From Clostridiales bacterium (lineage in GTDB: Bacteria > Bacillota > Clostridia > Christensenellales > Aristaeellaceae): a stretch of DNA of 64,000 nucleotides. How positions within the stretch are numbered: the stretch's first letter is position 1; every line of letters begins with the position of its first letter. A program made the position numbers and the translations under genes. The DNA is taken from assembly GCA_004557125.1 (NCBI GenBank), contig SFET01000007.1, forward strand, positions 31,561 to 95,560. Reading direction: 5' to 3'. The notes under the pieces are model-generated. The model was not told the DNA's origin. It did not search any database and saw nothing but the letters and a program-made list of their open reading frames with translations. Shown here piece after piece: positions 55,355 through 63,642 of the stretch.

Positions 55355-56626
55355 TCAGCCGATCAGATCGGCCAGGTCGGCGCACACATCCGCAAAGATC
55401 TCCTCGATCGTGCGGTTGGAATCGATGATGTGCACGCGCTCCGGCTCGGCGGCGTGGATCTCCGCGTAGGCCTCGTAGACCCGGCGGACGAAGCTGTCGC
55501 CCTCCACCTCGATGCGGTCCAGCTGCGTTCCCGCGCGCAGGCGCCGGGACACGGCCTCCCGATCTCCCACGAACAGCAGCGTGCGGTCGGGGGTGATCGC
55601 CCTTGCCGGTGCGTTTATTTGACGTATAAAATCGTCTCCAAGTTCACGCCCACGGGCCTGATAGGCAAAACTTGAATCCAAAAATCGATCGCAGAGCACA
55701 ATTTTGCCATTTTTTACCGCAGGAAGGATCACCTGGCGGACGTGCTCCGCGCGGGATGCGGCGTAGAGCAGGGCCTCGCATTCGGAGGACATGCCCTTGT
55801 AGCGGATGTCCAGCACCAGTTCGCGGATGCGCTCGGAGATCTCGCAGCCGCCGGGCTCGCGGGTGCAGAGCACGTCGTAGCCGCGCTCGCGCAGGTATTC
55901 AGCCAGCATGTTCATCTGGGTGCTCTTGCCGCAGCCGTCCGCGCCCTCGAAGCTGATGAAGCGCCCCGGGGCCACAGTCTCGCCCGGCAGCAGGATCTCC
56001 CGCAGCGCAGAGACGCTGTCGGCGATCTCGTCCGCGCCGGATTCTTCGAGCTCCGCGTGGGAGCCGTAGCCGTAGCTCACGCCGATGGCGCGCAGGCCCA
56101 TGTCCCGTGCGGCGGCCATGTCGAACTTCCGGTCGCCCACCATGGCGGCGCCCTCGACGCTGCGGCCGTTGAGGGCGGCGGAGATCAGTTCGTGCTTGTC
56201 GGCGTGGGTGGTCTCCATGTGGATGCCCACGATGGCGTCAAAGTACTGCGCGAAGCCGAAGTGGTCGGCGATGCGGCGCACGAAGACCTCCGGCTTGCCG
56301 CTGGCGATGCCCAGATAGCAGCCCTGCGCCTTCAATTCCTTCAGAAGCGGCGCGATGCCGGTGTAGAGCCGGTTCTCCCGCCAGCCGATCTCGGAGAAGC
56401 GCTCGCGATAGACGTCGGCGGCGTGGCGCGCATCTTGTTCGCTCAGCCCGGTGTACTCCATGAACGCTGCCACCAGCGGAGGCCCCACGAAGCGATCCAG
56501 GATCGCCTGTTCGGGCACGGGCAGCCCCAGTTTTTCGCAGGCGTAGGCCACGCTGCGGGTGATGCCGATGCCGGATTCCGTGAGGGTGCCGTCCAGGTCA
56601 AAGAGGATCGTACTGTATTTCAACAA
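55355..56626 (-). CDS. tmk: Fusion protein: HAD-superfamily phosphatase (PGP-like) plus dTMP kinase
   Basis: N-terminal ILFDLDGTLTES...GDRKFD. C-terminal FISFEGADGCGKSTQ, ..TREPGG.., ..LCDRFLDSSFAYQ.. (thymidylate kinase). Confidence 0.85.
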   Translation of the reverse strand: MLKYSTILFDLDGTLTESGIGITRSVAYACEKLGLPVPEQAILDRFVGPPLVAAFMEYTGLSEQDARHAADVYRERFSEIGWRENRLYTGIAPLLKELKAQGCYLGIASGKPEVFVRRIADHFGFAQYFDAIVGIHMETTHADKHELISAALNGRSVEGAAMVGDRKFDMAAARDMGLRAIGVSYGYGSHAELEESGADEIADSVSALREILLPGETVAPGRFISFEGADGCGKSTQMNMLAEYLRERGYDVLCTREPGGCEISERIRELVLDIRYKGMSSECEALLYAASRAEHVRQVILPAVKNGKIVLCDRFLDSSFAYQARGRELGDDFIRQINAPARAITPDRTLLFVGDREAVSRRLRAGTQLDRIEVEGDSFVRRVYEAYAEIHAAEPERVHIIDSNRTIEEIFADVCADLADLIG

Positions 56627-56804
56627 TTATATCAGTCCCATCTTATTCGATCGTGTAGAATTCCATGATCCATTGTAACAATCAAATATGACTTTTCAAG
56701 CAAACTGTCATGAAATCGACAGGGTTTTGCAATCCGGCGGTTGATTCATGAACCGGGGTATGATAAGATAAAATAGAAGAAAAATGCGAATTCGGAGGTT
56801 CGAT

Positions 56805-57389
56805 ATGCGGAACTGGCTTTCCCTGGGCGGTGCGCGGCTGTTGACGGTCGCCGCAAACGACTTTGTGTGGGCGGAGAATCTGGGCAAGGTGATCGGCACG
56901 GCGCTGTTGAGCATGGTGCCCACCTATGAGGGCAGATACGCGGTGCCGGTGATGCTGAAGCTGGGCATGCCGCCGCTCTTTACCTACCTGCTGGCGGCGG
57001 TGTGCTCCACGATTCCCATGCCCTTCATCCTGCTGCTGCTGCGGCCGGTGCTGGACTGGTTCTACACCCTGCCCATCAAGCCGGTGCGCAAATTCGCCGC
57101 CTGGCTGGAGAGGCGCAGCGCGCGCAAGCGGGAGAAGATGCACGCCAAGAAGGGCAGCGGCATTCGCGGCTGGCTCCAGGGCCGGGTCTCCCAGGACACC
57201 ATCGAGCTGATCGGCCTGTACATCTTCGTGGCGCTTCCGCTGCCGGGCACCGGCTGCTGGACGGGTAGCGCCATCGCAACGCTGTTTGAGATGCCCCGCT
57301 TCAAGTCGGCCATCGTCATTCTGCTGGGCAACTTCACCGCCTGCGCCATCACGCTGGCGATGAGCCTGGGCGCGTTTTCGCTGTTCTGA
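56805..57389 (+). CDS. Small multidrug-export-like membrane protein (COG2426-like)
   Basis: GGAGG lies 6 nt before the ATG at 56805. ..ALLSMVPTYEGRYAVPVM.. and ..VALPLPGTGCWTGS.. are typical blocks. Confidence 0.65.
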   Translation: MRNWLSLGGARLLTVAANDFVWAENLGKVIGTALLSMVPTYEGRYAVPVMLKLGMPPLFTYLLAAVCSTIPMPFILLLLRPVLDWFYTLPIKPVRKFAAWLERRSARKREKMHAKKGSGIRGWLQGRVSQDTIELIGLYIFVALPLPGTGCWTGSAIATLFEMPRFKSAIVILLGNFTACAITLAMSLGAFSLF

Positions 57390-57498
57390 GCGTACCGGCG
57401 TCGCGACTGCGGGCGAGGGCGTGCGGTTTCTGACACAACATTCTGAATGATTCGCAGGGGGAGCGCGCTCCCACTGTCTGCAATGGAGGTGCTTTGGC

Positions 57499-60400
57499 AT
57501 GCTGCGGGTGCATACGGGGGAAAACTGTCTGCTGTCCGGCGCGGTGGTGGAGAAGGTCGGCGCGGCGCTGGCGGCGGAGGATGAAACCCAGTACATCGTG
57601 GTGCCGAAGCAGCTGACGCTGCTGACCGAGCGGCTGCTGCTGGACGGTTTGCAGCTGCCCGGCTCCTTCCGGCTGCGGGTGCTCAGCCCTGCGAGGCTGT
57701 GCGCGCTGATCTTTGATGCTGCCGGTCAGCCCGAGGGTGTGCGCGTGGACGAGCGCGGGCGCGTGATGCTGGTGCGCCGGGCGATCCGCAGCGCCGGGGA
57801 GCTGACGGTCTACCGCAACGCCGACCGCCGCCGGGGCTTCGCCGACCGCTGCGCGCGGCAGCTGGAGATCTTCGTGCAGGGCGGGGTCACGCCGGAGATG
57901 CTGCGGGACTGCGCCGCGGAGAGCGCGGGCATGTCGCGCATGAAGCTCAATGATCTGGCGGCGATCTACGACGCCTTCCTGGAGCTGACTGCGGGGCGGT
58001 ATCAGGACGGCGAGAGCGAGCTGATCGAGGCGGCAGCGCGCCTGGAGGGCGCGGCGTTTTTGCGCGGGGCGCACTTCTGGTTCTTCGGCTTCGACCTGAT
58101 TCCGCCCACGCTGATGGAGCTCATCGCGGGTGTGGCGGCGCAGTCTGCGGGTGCGGAGCTGTTCTATCCCATCGCAGACGATCCTGCGGCCCGGGATGCA
58201 GACTGCTACCGCCCACTGGAGGGCGCGCTTGCGCGCATGGGCGACGCCTGCCTGGAGCGCGGCGTGGAGCTTTCCTGCTGCGCGCTGGACAATCGTACGG
58301 CTGCGGCGCAGGGGGAGATCGCCTGGCTGGCCCGGGAGATGTACGCCTATCCCATCGAGCCCCGGCATGGCGCGCCGGCGCACGTGCATCTGACCCTCGC
58401 CCGGGATGTGCGGGAGGAGTGCATGCTGGCTGCGGCCACGGCGCGCACCCTCGCCATGGGCGGTATGCGCTACGGGGACATCCAGCTGCTCTGCGCTGAT
58501 CTGGACGCCTACCGGCCGATGCTCATCGAAGCCTTTCAGCTCTACGGCGTGCCGCTGTTTCTGGACAACAGCCGGCCGGTGTCGCGCATGGCCACGGCGG
58601 AGTGTCTGCTGACGGCGCTGCGGATGATCGAGAAGAACTTTCGCCGGGAGGACGTGTTCACGCTGCTGCGCACCGGCTACACCGATCTCAGCCGGGACGA
58701 GGCCGATCGACTGGCGAACTATGCCGTGCGGTGGGGCGTGGACGGCGGGCGCTGGCTGCGGCCCTTCAACCGCGGCACCGAGGCGGAGATTGCGGAGCTG
58801 GAGCCGCTGCGCAAGCGGTTGATGGAGCCGGTGGCCAAGCTGAAGGCCGCGCTGAAGGCGGCGAAGGATTTGAAGGGCCAGCTTGCGGCGCTGTTCGATT
58901 ATCTGACGGACATCCGCGCCTACGAGAGGAGCCTGGAGCTTCAGCAGCAGCTCAATGCCGGCGGCATGCGCGAGGCGGCGGGCGCGCTCTCCCAGGCATG
59001 GAACCGCATCATTGGCGCGCTGGATCAGATGGCGGCGCTGATGGGCGGTGACAGGCTGAGCCTGCGGGAGCTGCATCAGACGCTCAGCGAGTCGCTGGAG
59101 GCCGCCGTGGTGAAGCCGCTGCCCCAGTCCGGCGACGCGGTGTACGCCCAGGGTACGGGCCGCATCCTGATGCAGCGCGCCCGGGCGCTGCTGGTGCTGG
59201 GACTGTCCGACGGCCGGATTTCTGCCGAGGACGGCCTGCTCACCGACGCGCAGCGCCAGGCGGTGGCGAAGCGCACGAAGGCATATCTGGGCCCGGATGC
59301 TTGCGACGCCGCCCGGCTGCGCCGCTTCTATCTGAAGGCCGCACTGGGCATGACTTCGGAGGAGGTCTGCTTCTCCTGCGCGCTGCGGGGCAGCGACAAT
59401 TCCGCCCAGCGCCCCGGCACGGCGGTGGAGCTGCTGCGGGAGATCTTTCCCGATCTCCAGGTGCGCGGTGGCGTGGGGGAGGATGCACAGCTGGATCGCC
59501 TGCTCGCCTGTGCGCCCCGGGCAGCCACGGCCTGCGCCGCGCGCGCGGTGGCCGAGAGTCGGGACGGCGCTGCGGTGCGCGCGGGGGATCAATCCGCCGT
59601 GGCGGCGCTGCGCGAGGCCGGACGGACGCTTCCCGAGCTCCGGGATCGCCTGGAGCGCCTGGAGGGCATGCTGGGGGATGACGAGGGCCGGGAGGCCGTG
59701 GATCCTGCGGCGGCCCGCGCGCTCTACGGACGCCTGCAGGCGCAGAGCATCACCCGCCTGGAGAGATTCGCGAACTGTCCCTTTGCCTACTTCGCGGCCT
59801 ACGGGCTGCGTCCGGAGCGCGTGGAGCCCTTCGAGCTGGACAGGCGACAGACCGGCACCTTTCTGCACGATGCGGTGCATGAATTCCTGCGCGCCTGCGG
59901 GGCCGAATTGAACGACATGGACGCTGCGCAGGCGGAACGGCGCATGGGGGCCATCGCCGATTCCATGCTGGAGGGCATGCGCATGGGCACGCCCATGGAG
60001 GACAGCGCCAGTGCCCGTGCGGAGTCCCGCGCGCTGCGCGCAACGGCCTGTCGCTGCGCACGGGTGCTGGCGGAGCAGATGCGGGGCAGCAGCTTCCATG
60101 CGGCGCAGCTGGAGCGCAGCTTCGGCCGGGAGGACGGTTCCGCGCGCCTGCGGGTGGGCGACACCGTGCTGGAGGGCCGCATCGACCGCGTGGACGCCTG
60201 GCCGGAGGGCAACAGCCTGCGGGTGATCGACTTCAAGCTGGGCGGCAAGCCGCTGAATCTGGCAGGCGCTTACCACGGATTGCAGCTGCAGCTGCCGGTG
60301 TATCTGGGCGCGGCGCTGAAGCAGAAGCGGGCCCGCAGCGCAGGCGTGTACTATTTCGCTCTGGACGAGGGCGTGGTGAACACCCAGAGCACCGATCCCC

Positions 60401-60819
60401 AACAGGTGGAGGCGGAGCGGGCGAAGGCCTTCCGCATGAGCGGCCTGCTGCCGGAGGATCCGGAGCTGATCCGCGCCCAGACGCCGGAGCCGGAGAAGGT
60501 GTTTCAGGCGCGCATGACCGGCGAGGGCAAGCTCTACGCCAGCGTGCCCTGCGCCGACGACAAGAACTTCGAGCGCCTGATCCGGCACGTGCTGCGCAAG
60601 GCAGAGGAGGAGATTTCGTCCATCCGCAGCGGCGAGGCCCGGGTGAGTCCCGCCAGCTTCGACGGCCGGGAGCCCTGCGCTTACTGCGACTACCGCGCCG
60701 CCTGCCTGTTCGACGCACGCATCGACGCGGGCAGGGTGCGCCGCATGAAGAACATCAAGTGGAACGAGGTGTTCGACCGCATCGCCGTGGAGGATGACGG
60801 CACGGAAGAGCAGGGATAA
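57499..60819 (+). CDS. addB: AddB/RexB-type helicase-nuclease subunit (PD-(D/E)XK nuclease with Fe-S cluster)
   Basis: 1106 aa. Nuclease motif GRIDRVD...VIDFKLG. Fe-S Cys ligands FANCPF...CAYCDYRAAC (C-x2-C-x5-C). Confidence 0.85.
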   Translation: MLRVHTGENCLLSGAVVEKVGAALAAEDETQYIVVPKQLTLLTERLLLDGLQLPGSFRLRVLSPARLCALIFDAAGQPEGVRVDERGRVMLVRRAIRSAGELTVYRNADRRRGFADRCARQLEIFVQGGVTPEMLRDCAAESAGMSRMKLNDLAAIYDAFLELTAGRYQDGESELIEAAARLEGAAFLRGAHFWFFGFDLIPPTLMELIAGVAAQSAGAELFYPIADDPAARDADCYRPLEGALARMGDACLERGVELSCCALDNRTAAAQGEIAWLAREMYAYPIEPRHGAPAHVHLTLARDVREECMLAAATARTLAMGGMRYGDIQLLCADLDAYRPMLIEAFQLYGVPLFLDNSRPVSRMATAECLLTALRMIEKNFRREDVFTLLRTGYTDLSRDEADRLANYAVRWGVDGGRWLRPFNRGTEAEIAELEPLRKRLMEPVAKLKAALKAAKDLKGQLAALFDYLTDIRAYERSLELQQQLNAGGMREAAGALSQAWNRIIGALDQMAALMGGDRLSLRELHQTLSESLEAAVVKPLPQSGDAVYAQGTGRILMQRARALLVLGLSDGRISAEDGLLTDAQRQAVAKRTKAYLGPDACDAARLRRFYLKAALGMTSEEVCFSCALRGSDNSAQRPGTAVELLREIFPDLQVRGGVGEDAQLDRLLACAPRAATACAARAVAESRDGAAVRAGDQSAVAALREAGRTLPELRDRLERLEGMLGDDEGREAVDPAAARALYGRLQAQSITRLERFANCPFAYFAAYGLRPERVEPFELDRRQTGTFLHDAVHEFLRACGAELNDMDAAQAERRMGAIADSMLEGMRMGTPMEDSASARAESRALRATACRCARVLAEQMRGSSFHAAQLERSFGREDGSARLRVGDTVLEGRIDRVDAWPEGNSLRVIDFKLGGKPLNLAGAYHGLQLQLPVYLGAALKQKRARSAGVYYFALDEGVVNTQSTDPQQVEAERAKAFRMSGLLPEDPELIRAQTPEPEKVFQARMTGEGKLYASVPCADDKNFERLIRHVLRKAEEEISSIRSGEARVSPASFDGREPCAYCDYRAACLFDARIDAGRVRRMKNIKWNEVFDRIAVEDDGTEEQG

Positions 60820-60834
60820 ATCATTATATATATG

Positions 60835-60875
60835 AAAGGAACTGTCCGCAGAATTGCTGTGGACAGTTCCTTTTT
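60835..60875 (+). terminator. Intrinsic terminator directly after addB
   Basis: 13-bp stem aaaggaactgtcc/ggacagttccttt followed by tttttg. Confidence 0.85.
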
Positions 60876-60904
60876 GAATTGCGGTCCCTTGCCCGGAGGT
60901 GCGG

Positions 60905-61597
60905 CTAGTGTTCGCGCCAGGCCATCAGCAGCATCTCCTGCGTCAGCTCCAGGCCCAGCTTGCGCTGAAGGTTCATGGAGATGCGGTTGTCCTCCTCCAC
61001 CTGACAGTAGGGCAGGCGGCCGGTCTCCATGCAGAAGCGCAGGATGAAATTCTCCAGCGCCGCGCCGTAGCCTTGCCCGCGCTGCTCCGGGAACACCTCC
61101 AGCATGCCGAAGTCGCCCTCGGGATGGATGCCGACAAAGCCCACGTCCGCGCCCTGCGCATCGGTGGCGAAGAACAGCTCGCCCCGGCGCGCCTGACTGC
61201 GCAGCGATTCCGGGCTGTTCAGGTGGTAGACCTGAAGGATGTGCTCCAGGGCGCGCGCATCGGGAACGGCGATGTGCAGCCGGGGATCGATTGGCGGCAG
61301 CTCCGGCTTCCGATAGGCCGCCTGGAAGCAGCGCATGCGGCCGTCGAGGTCAAAGCGATCGATCAGCGGCGCAAAGTCCGCGTTGCAGAGCATGATGAAG
61401 TCGATGCCGTCGACGCCCCGCAGCAGCTCCTCCGCATCCGGCGTGCTGTCTGCGGCCAGAACGTACATGCCGGCGGCGTCCTCGCGCACCAGCGCGCCGT
61501 GCGGCGTCTCCCGCAGGATCTGCGCCCGGCCCAGCCGCAGCGGCTCCGTGGCGCAGCAGTGCAAAAGCGGATTGTTTTTCTCCTCAAAATAGGACAT
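60905..61597 (-). CDS. GNAT-family N-acetyltransferase
   Basis: C-terminal acetyl-CoA-binding block ..VFPEQRGQGYGAALE... The first ATG abuts the RBS, so the start is taken at MSYFEEK. Confidence 0.75.
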   Translation of the reverse strand: MSYFEEKNNPLLHCCATEPLRLGRAQILRETPHGALVREDAAGMYVLAADSTPDAEELLRGVDGIDFIMLCNADFAPLIDRFDLDGRMRCFQAAYRKPELPPIDPRLHIAVPDARALEHILQVYHLNSPESLRSQARRGELFFATDAQGADVGFVGIHPEGDFGMLEVFPEQRGQGYGAALENFILRFCMETGRLPYCQVEEDNRISMNLQRKLGLELTQEMLLMAWREH

Positions 61598-61612
61598 GTC
61601 TCCCATCCTCCC

Positions 61613-62239
61613 TCACAGCTGACTCTGAAAACCCACGGCCTTGCCCAGAATGCGGATGCTGTCGCACTCGTCCAGCGTGAAGATCATCGGGGCGTAGCGC
61701 GGATTTTCCGAGAGCAGCTGCAGGCCGTTCTTGATGTGGTAGACCCGCTTGAGGGTTGCCTCGTCGTTGAGCACCACCGCGGCGATTTCCCCGTCGTCCA
61801 CGTCGTCCTGACAGCGGATGAACACCAGGTCGCCGTCGTGGATCCGCGCGCCGATCATGCTGTCGCCCCGCACCCGCAGCGCAAAGTCGCACTTGAGGGA
61901 ATCGTCGCAGAGGATCAGCTCCGTGTCCTCGTCGGCGTAGATGGGCACGCCGGCAGCGATCTCCCCCAGCACCGGCACGGCGCGTCGGTGGATGGGCAGT
62001 ACGTCCCCGGCGTTGCGCAGGGAATCCGAAATCCTGCCGTCGCGGGGATACAGCAGTTCCACCGGACAGTTCAGCGCGTCGGCGATTTTCTTCAGCGTGC
62101 CGCCGGTGGGATTGCGGGTCTCGCCGTTGAGCAGCTTGTTCAGCGTCCCCTTCGGAACGCCCGACTTCTGGGAGAGCTGATCGGTGGTCAAACCGTTTTC
62201 GATCTTGAGTTTGGACAGTACCTCGCGCAGCTCCATCAT
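61613..62239 (-). CDS. Phage CI-like repressor: XRE-type HTH plus S24 (LexA-like) self-cleaving peptidase domain
   Basis: HTH ..LSQKSGVPKGTLNKLLNGE... S24 motifs ..VRGDSMIGARI.. (Ser) and ..TLKRV.. (Lys). Confidence 0.85.
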   Translation of the reverse strand: MMELREVLSKLKIENGLTTDQLSQKSGVPKGTLNKLLNGETRNPTGGTLKKIADALNCPVELLYPRDGRISDSLRNAGDVLPIHRRAVPVLGEIAAGVPIYADEDTELILCDDSLKCDFALRVRGDSMIGARIHDGDLVFIRCQDDVDDGEIAAVVLNDEATLKRVYHIKNGLQLLSENPRYAPMIFTLDECDSIRILGKAVGFQSQL

Positions 62240-62342
62240 CCTGGAACCCTCCTTCGCGTTCTTGTGCTACCAGTATAGAACAAATCTCCCGGAAATGCAA
62301 GACGAAAATAACCGAATTCGGGAAAAATATGCAAAAAATCTA

Positions 62343-62371
62343 TTGACAATACCCGGATATGGGAGTATACT
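62343..62371 (+). promoter_or_regulatory. sigma-A promoter facing the terminase-small gene
   Basis: TTGACA (62343-62348), 17-nt spacer, TATACT (62366-62371). Confidence 0.55.
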
Positions 62372-62424
62372 TCGCTCATAACCGAATACGGTTAATTCAT
62401 TCGATTGCGACGGGAGGTAAGATT

Positions 62425-62832
62425 ATGCAGAATCGTGCGGGAAGGTTGACGGATCGCCAGCGGCGCTTTGCGGATTTGTATCTGGAACTGGGAAATGCAT
62501 CGGAGGCGGCGGAGCAGGCGGGCTTCAAGCGCAGCTACGCCCAGGGGGCAAAGCGCCAGCCGGCGGTGCAGGCTTACATGCAGGAGCGGCTGCGCCAGGT
62601 GCAGCAGAGAAACATCGCTTCGGCGGACGAGGTGCTGGAGTTCCTCACGGAGGTGATGCGCGGCGAGATTGCGGGCGAGCGGCCGGAGAAGAATTCCTCG
62701 CCGCGGATGCGTGCGGCGGAGCTGCTGGGCAAGCGGCTGGGCGTGTTCACGGATGTTGGCAGCGTGCTGCGGGGCGCGCAGGCGGTTCCGGAGATCGTGG
62801 ACGACATCCCCGAGGAGGATGCGGCCGGCTGA
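62425..62832 (+). CDS. Phage terminase small subunit (Terminase_2-like)
   Basis: GGGAGG RBS. ..LTDRQRRFADLYLELGNASEAAEQAGF..SYAQGAKRQPAVQAYMQERL... Confidence 0.75.
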   Translation: MQNRAGRLTDRQRRFADLYLELGNASEAAEQAGFKRSYAQGAKRQPAVQAYMQERLRQVQQRNIASADEVLEFLTEVMRGEIAGERPEKNSSPRMRAAELLGKRLGVFTDVGSVLRGAQAVPEIVDDIPEEDAAG

Positions 62833-62921
62833 GGAAATTTAATCTGTCCGCCGCTGGCAAGTTGTGCGCTGCGGCGGCATTGAATGAAGGGAAGGATGCA
62901 GGGAAGGGAGGAAGCGAAACG

Positions 62922-63221
62922 ATGGAGTTTTTCGATTGGAGTCTGTTGGGAAGCTATGCGGGCGCGGCGCTGGCCGTGGCGGTGCTGACCCAGATCACCA
63001 AGGGAATTCCGGGCATTGTCAGGATCCCCACGCAGCTGTGGAGCTATGTGCTGGCGCTGGTCACGCTGCTGCTGGCGCTGATCTTCGGGCCGGGCTTCAG
63101 TGCCTCCGGCGCGGTGCTGGCGCTGTTCAACGCGGCGCTGGTGTCGCTGGCGGCCAACGGCGGCTACGCCGCAGTGGAGCGGGTGAAGGCGGGGCTGGAA
63201 TCCGGGAAAGAGCAGGATTGA
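62922..63221 (+). CDS. Small two/three-TM membrane protein, holin-like
   Basis: GGGAGGAAG RBS. 99 aa with hydrophobic helices and a charged C-terminus (..VKAGLESGKEQD). Phage context. Family not verified. Confidence 0.45.
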   Translation: MEFFDWSLLGSYAGAALAVAVLTQITKGIPGIVRIPTQLWSYVLALVTLLLALIFGPGFSASGAVLALFNAALVSLAANGGYAAVERVKAGLESGKEQD

Positions 63222-63642
63222 ACACATAGCAAAGGGGATCGGGCGCAAACTACACCCGGTCCCCTTTCCCTGTCAAAACCATAAAACATTCCACAGGACA
63301 GCCAGTAGAATCGTGGGCGGCATAGCAGTCGCGCCTGCCTAAAGCAGTCGCGACCAGCCCGGGCGAATCCTTCGGATTCCAGCCCGGCGCTGCCGAAACC
63401 TGCGTGCAAGCGCTGCGGTTTCGGTGCGTAAGCGTGTACGTCGCCCACGGATACTGATTTTTCGATATGCACCGGCCGCACTGAAATGTATTTCAGCGGC
63501 CGACCGCACGCCGTAGGGAATTGAAAATTCCCCGGCGGCTGCTATGGAAAAATCGCTTCCTTGCAGTATTTCATTGTGCCGTTTGCGGCGCGATGAAATA
63601 CTGAGGGGGTGGTAGTGGCGGGGGACGTGTTCCCCGTCCATC

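Larger units (their letters stand above)
61613..63221. mobile_element. Probable prophage remnant (repressor, small terminase, holin-like gene only)
   Basis: Divergent repressor/structural-gene layout with a strong promoter and repeated operator-like 10-mers. No integrase, portal, large terminase or capsid genes in the window. Confidence 0.4.

Noticed and set aside
51844-55428. 1194-aa plus-strand ORF, and similar giant shadow ORFs (19840-21981 +, 44601-46565 -, 46898-48922 +, 57349-60588 -, 39542-41062 +, 50242-51732 +)
   Set aside because: All are antisense to well-supported genes. None has an RBS or recognisable motifs, and all have Gly/Ala/Arg/His/Val-rich compositions expected from the reverse complement of GC3-biased coding sequence.
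61613-62239. Cellular SOS repressor LexA
   Set aside because: The DNA-binding domain is an XRE/Cro-type HTH, not the LexA winged helix. No GAAC-N4-GTTC box is seen in its promoter region. The neighbours are phage-like. It is therefore called a CI-like S24 repressor.
63290-63400. tRNA or tmRNA gene (gggcggcatagc..., cgaatcc element)
   Set aside because: No 7-bp acceptor stem pairing, no proper D arm or anticodon arm (5-bp stem with 7-nt loop), and no TPsiC loop could be built. At best it is a degraded fragment.
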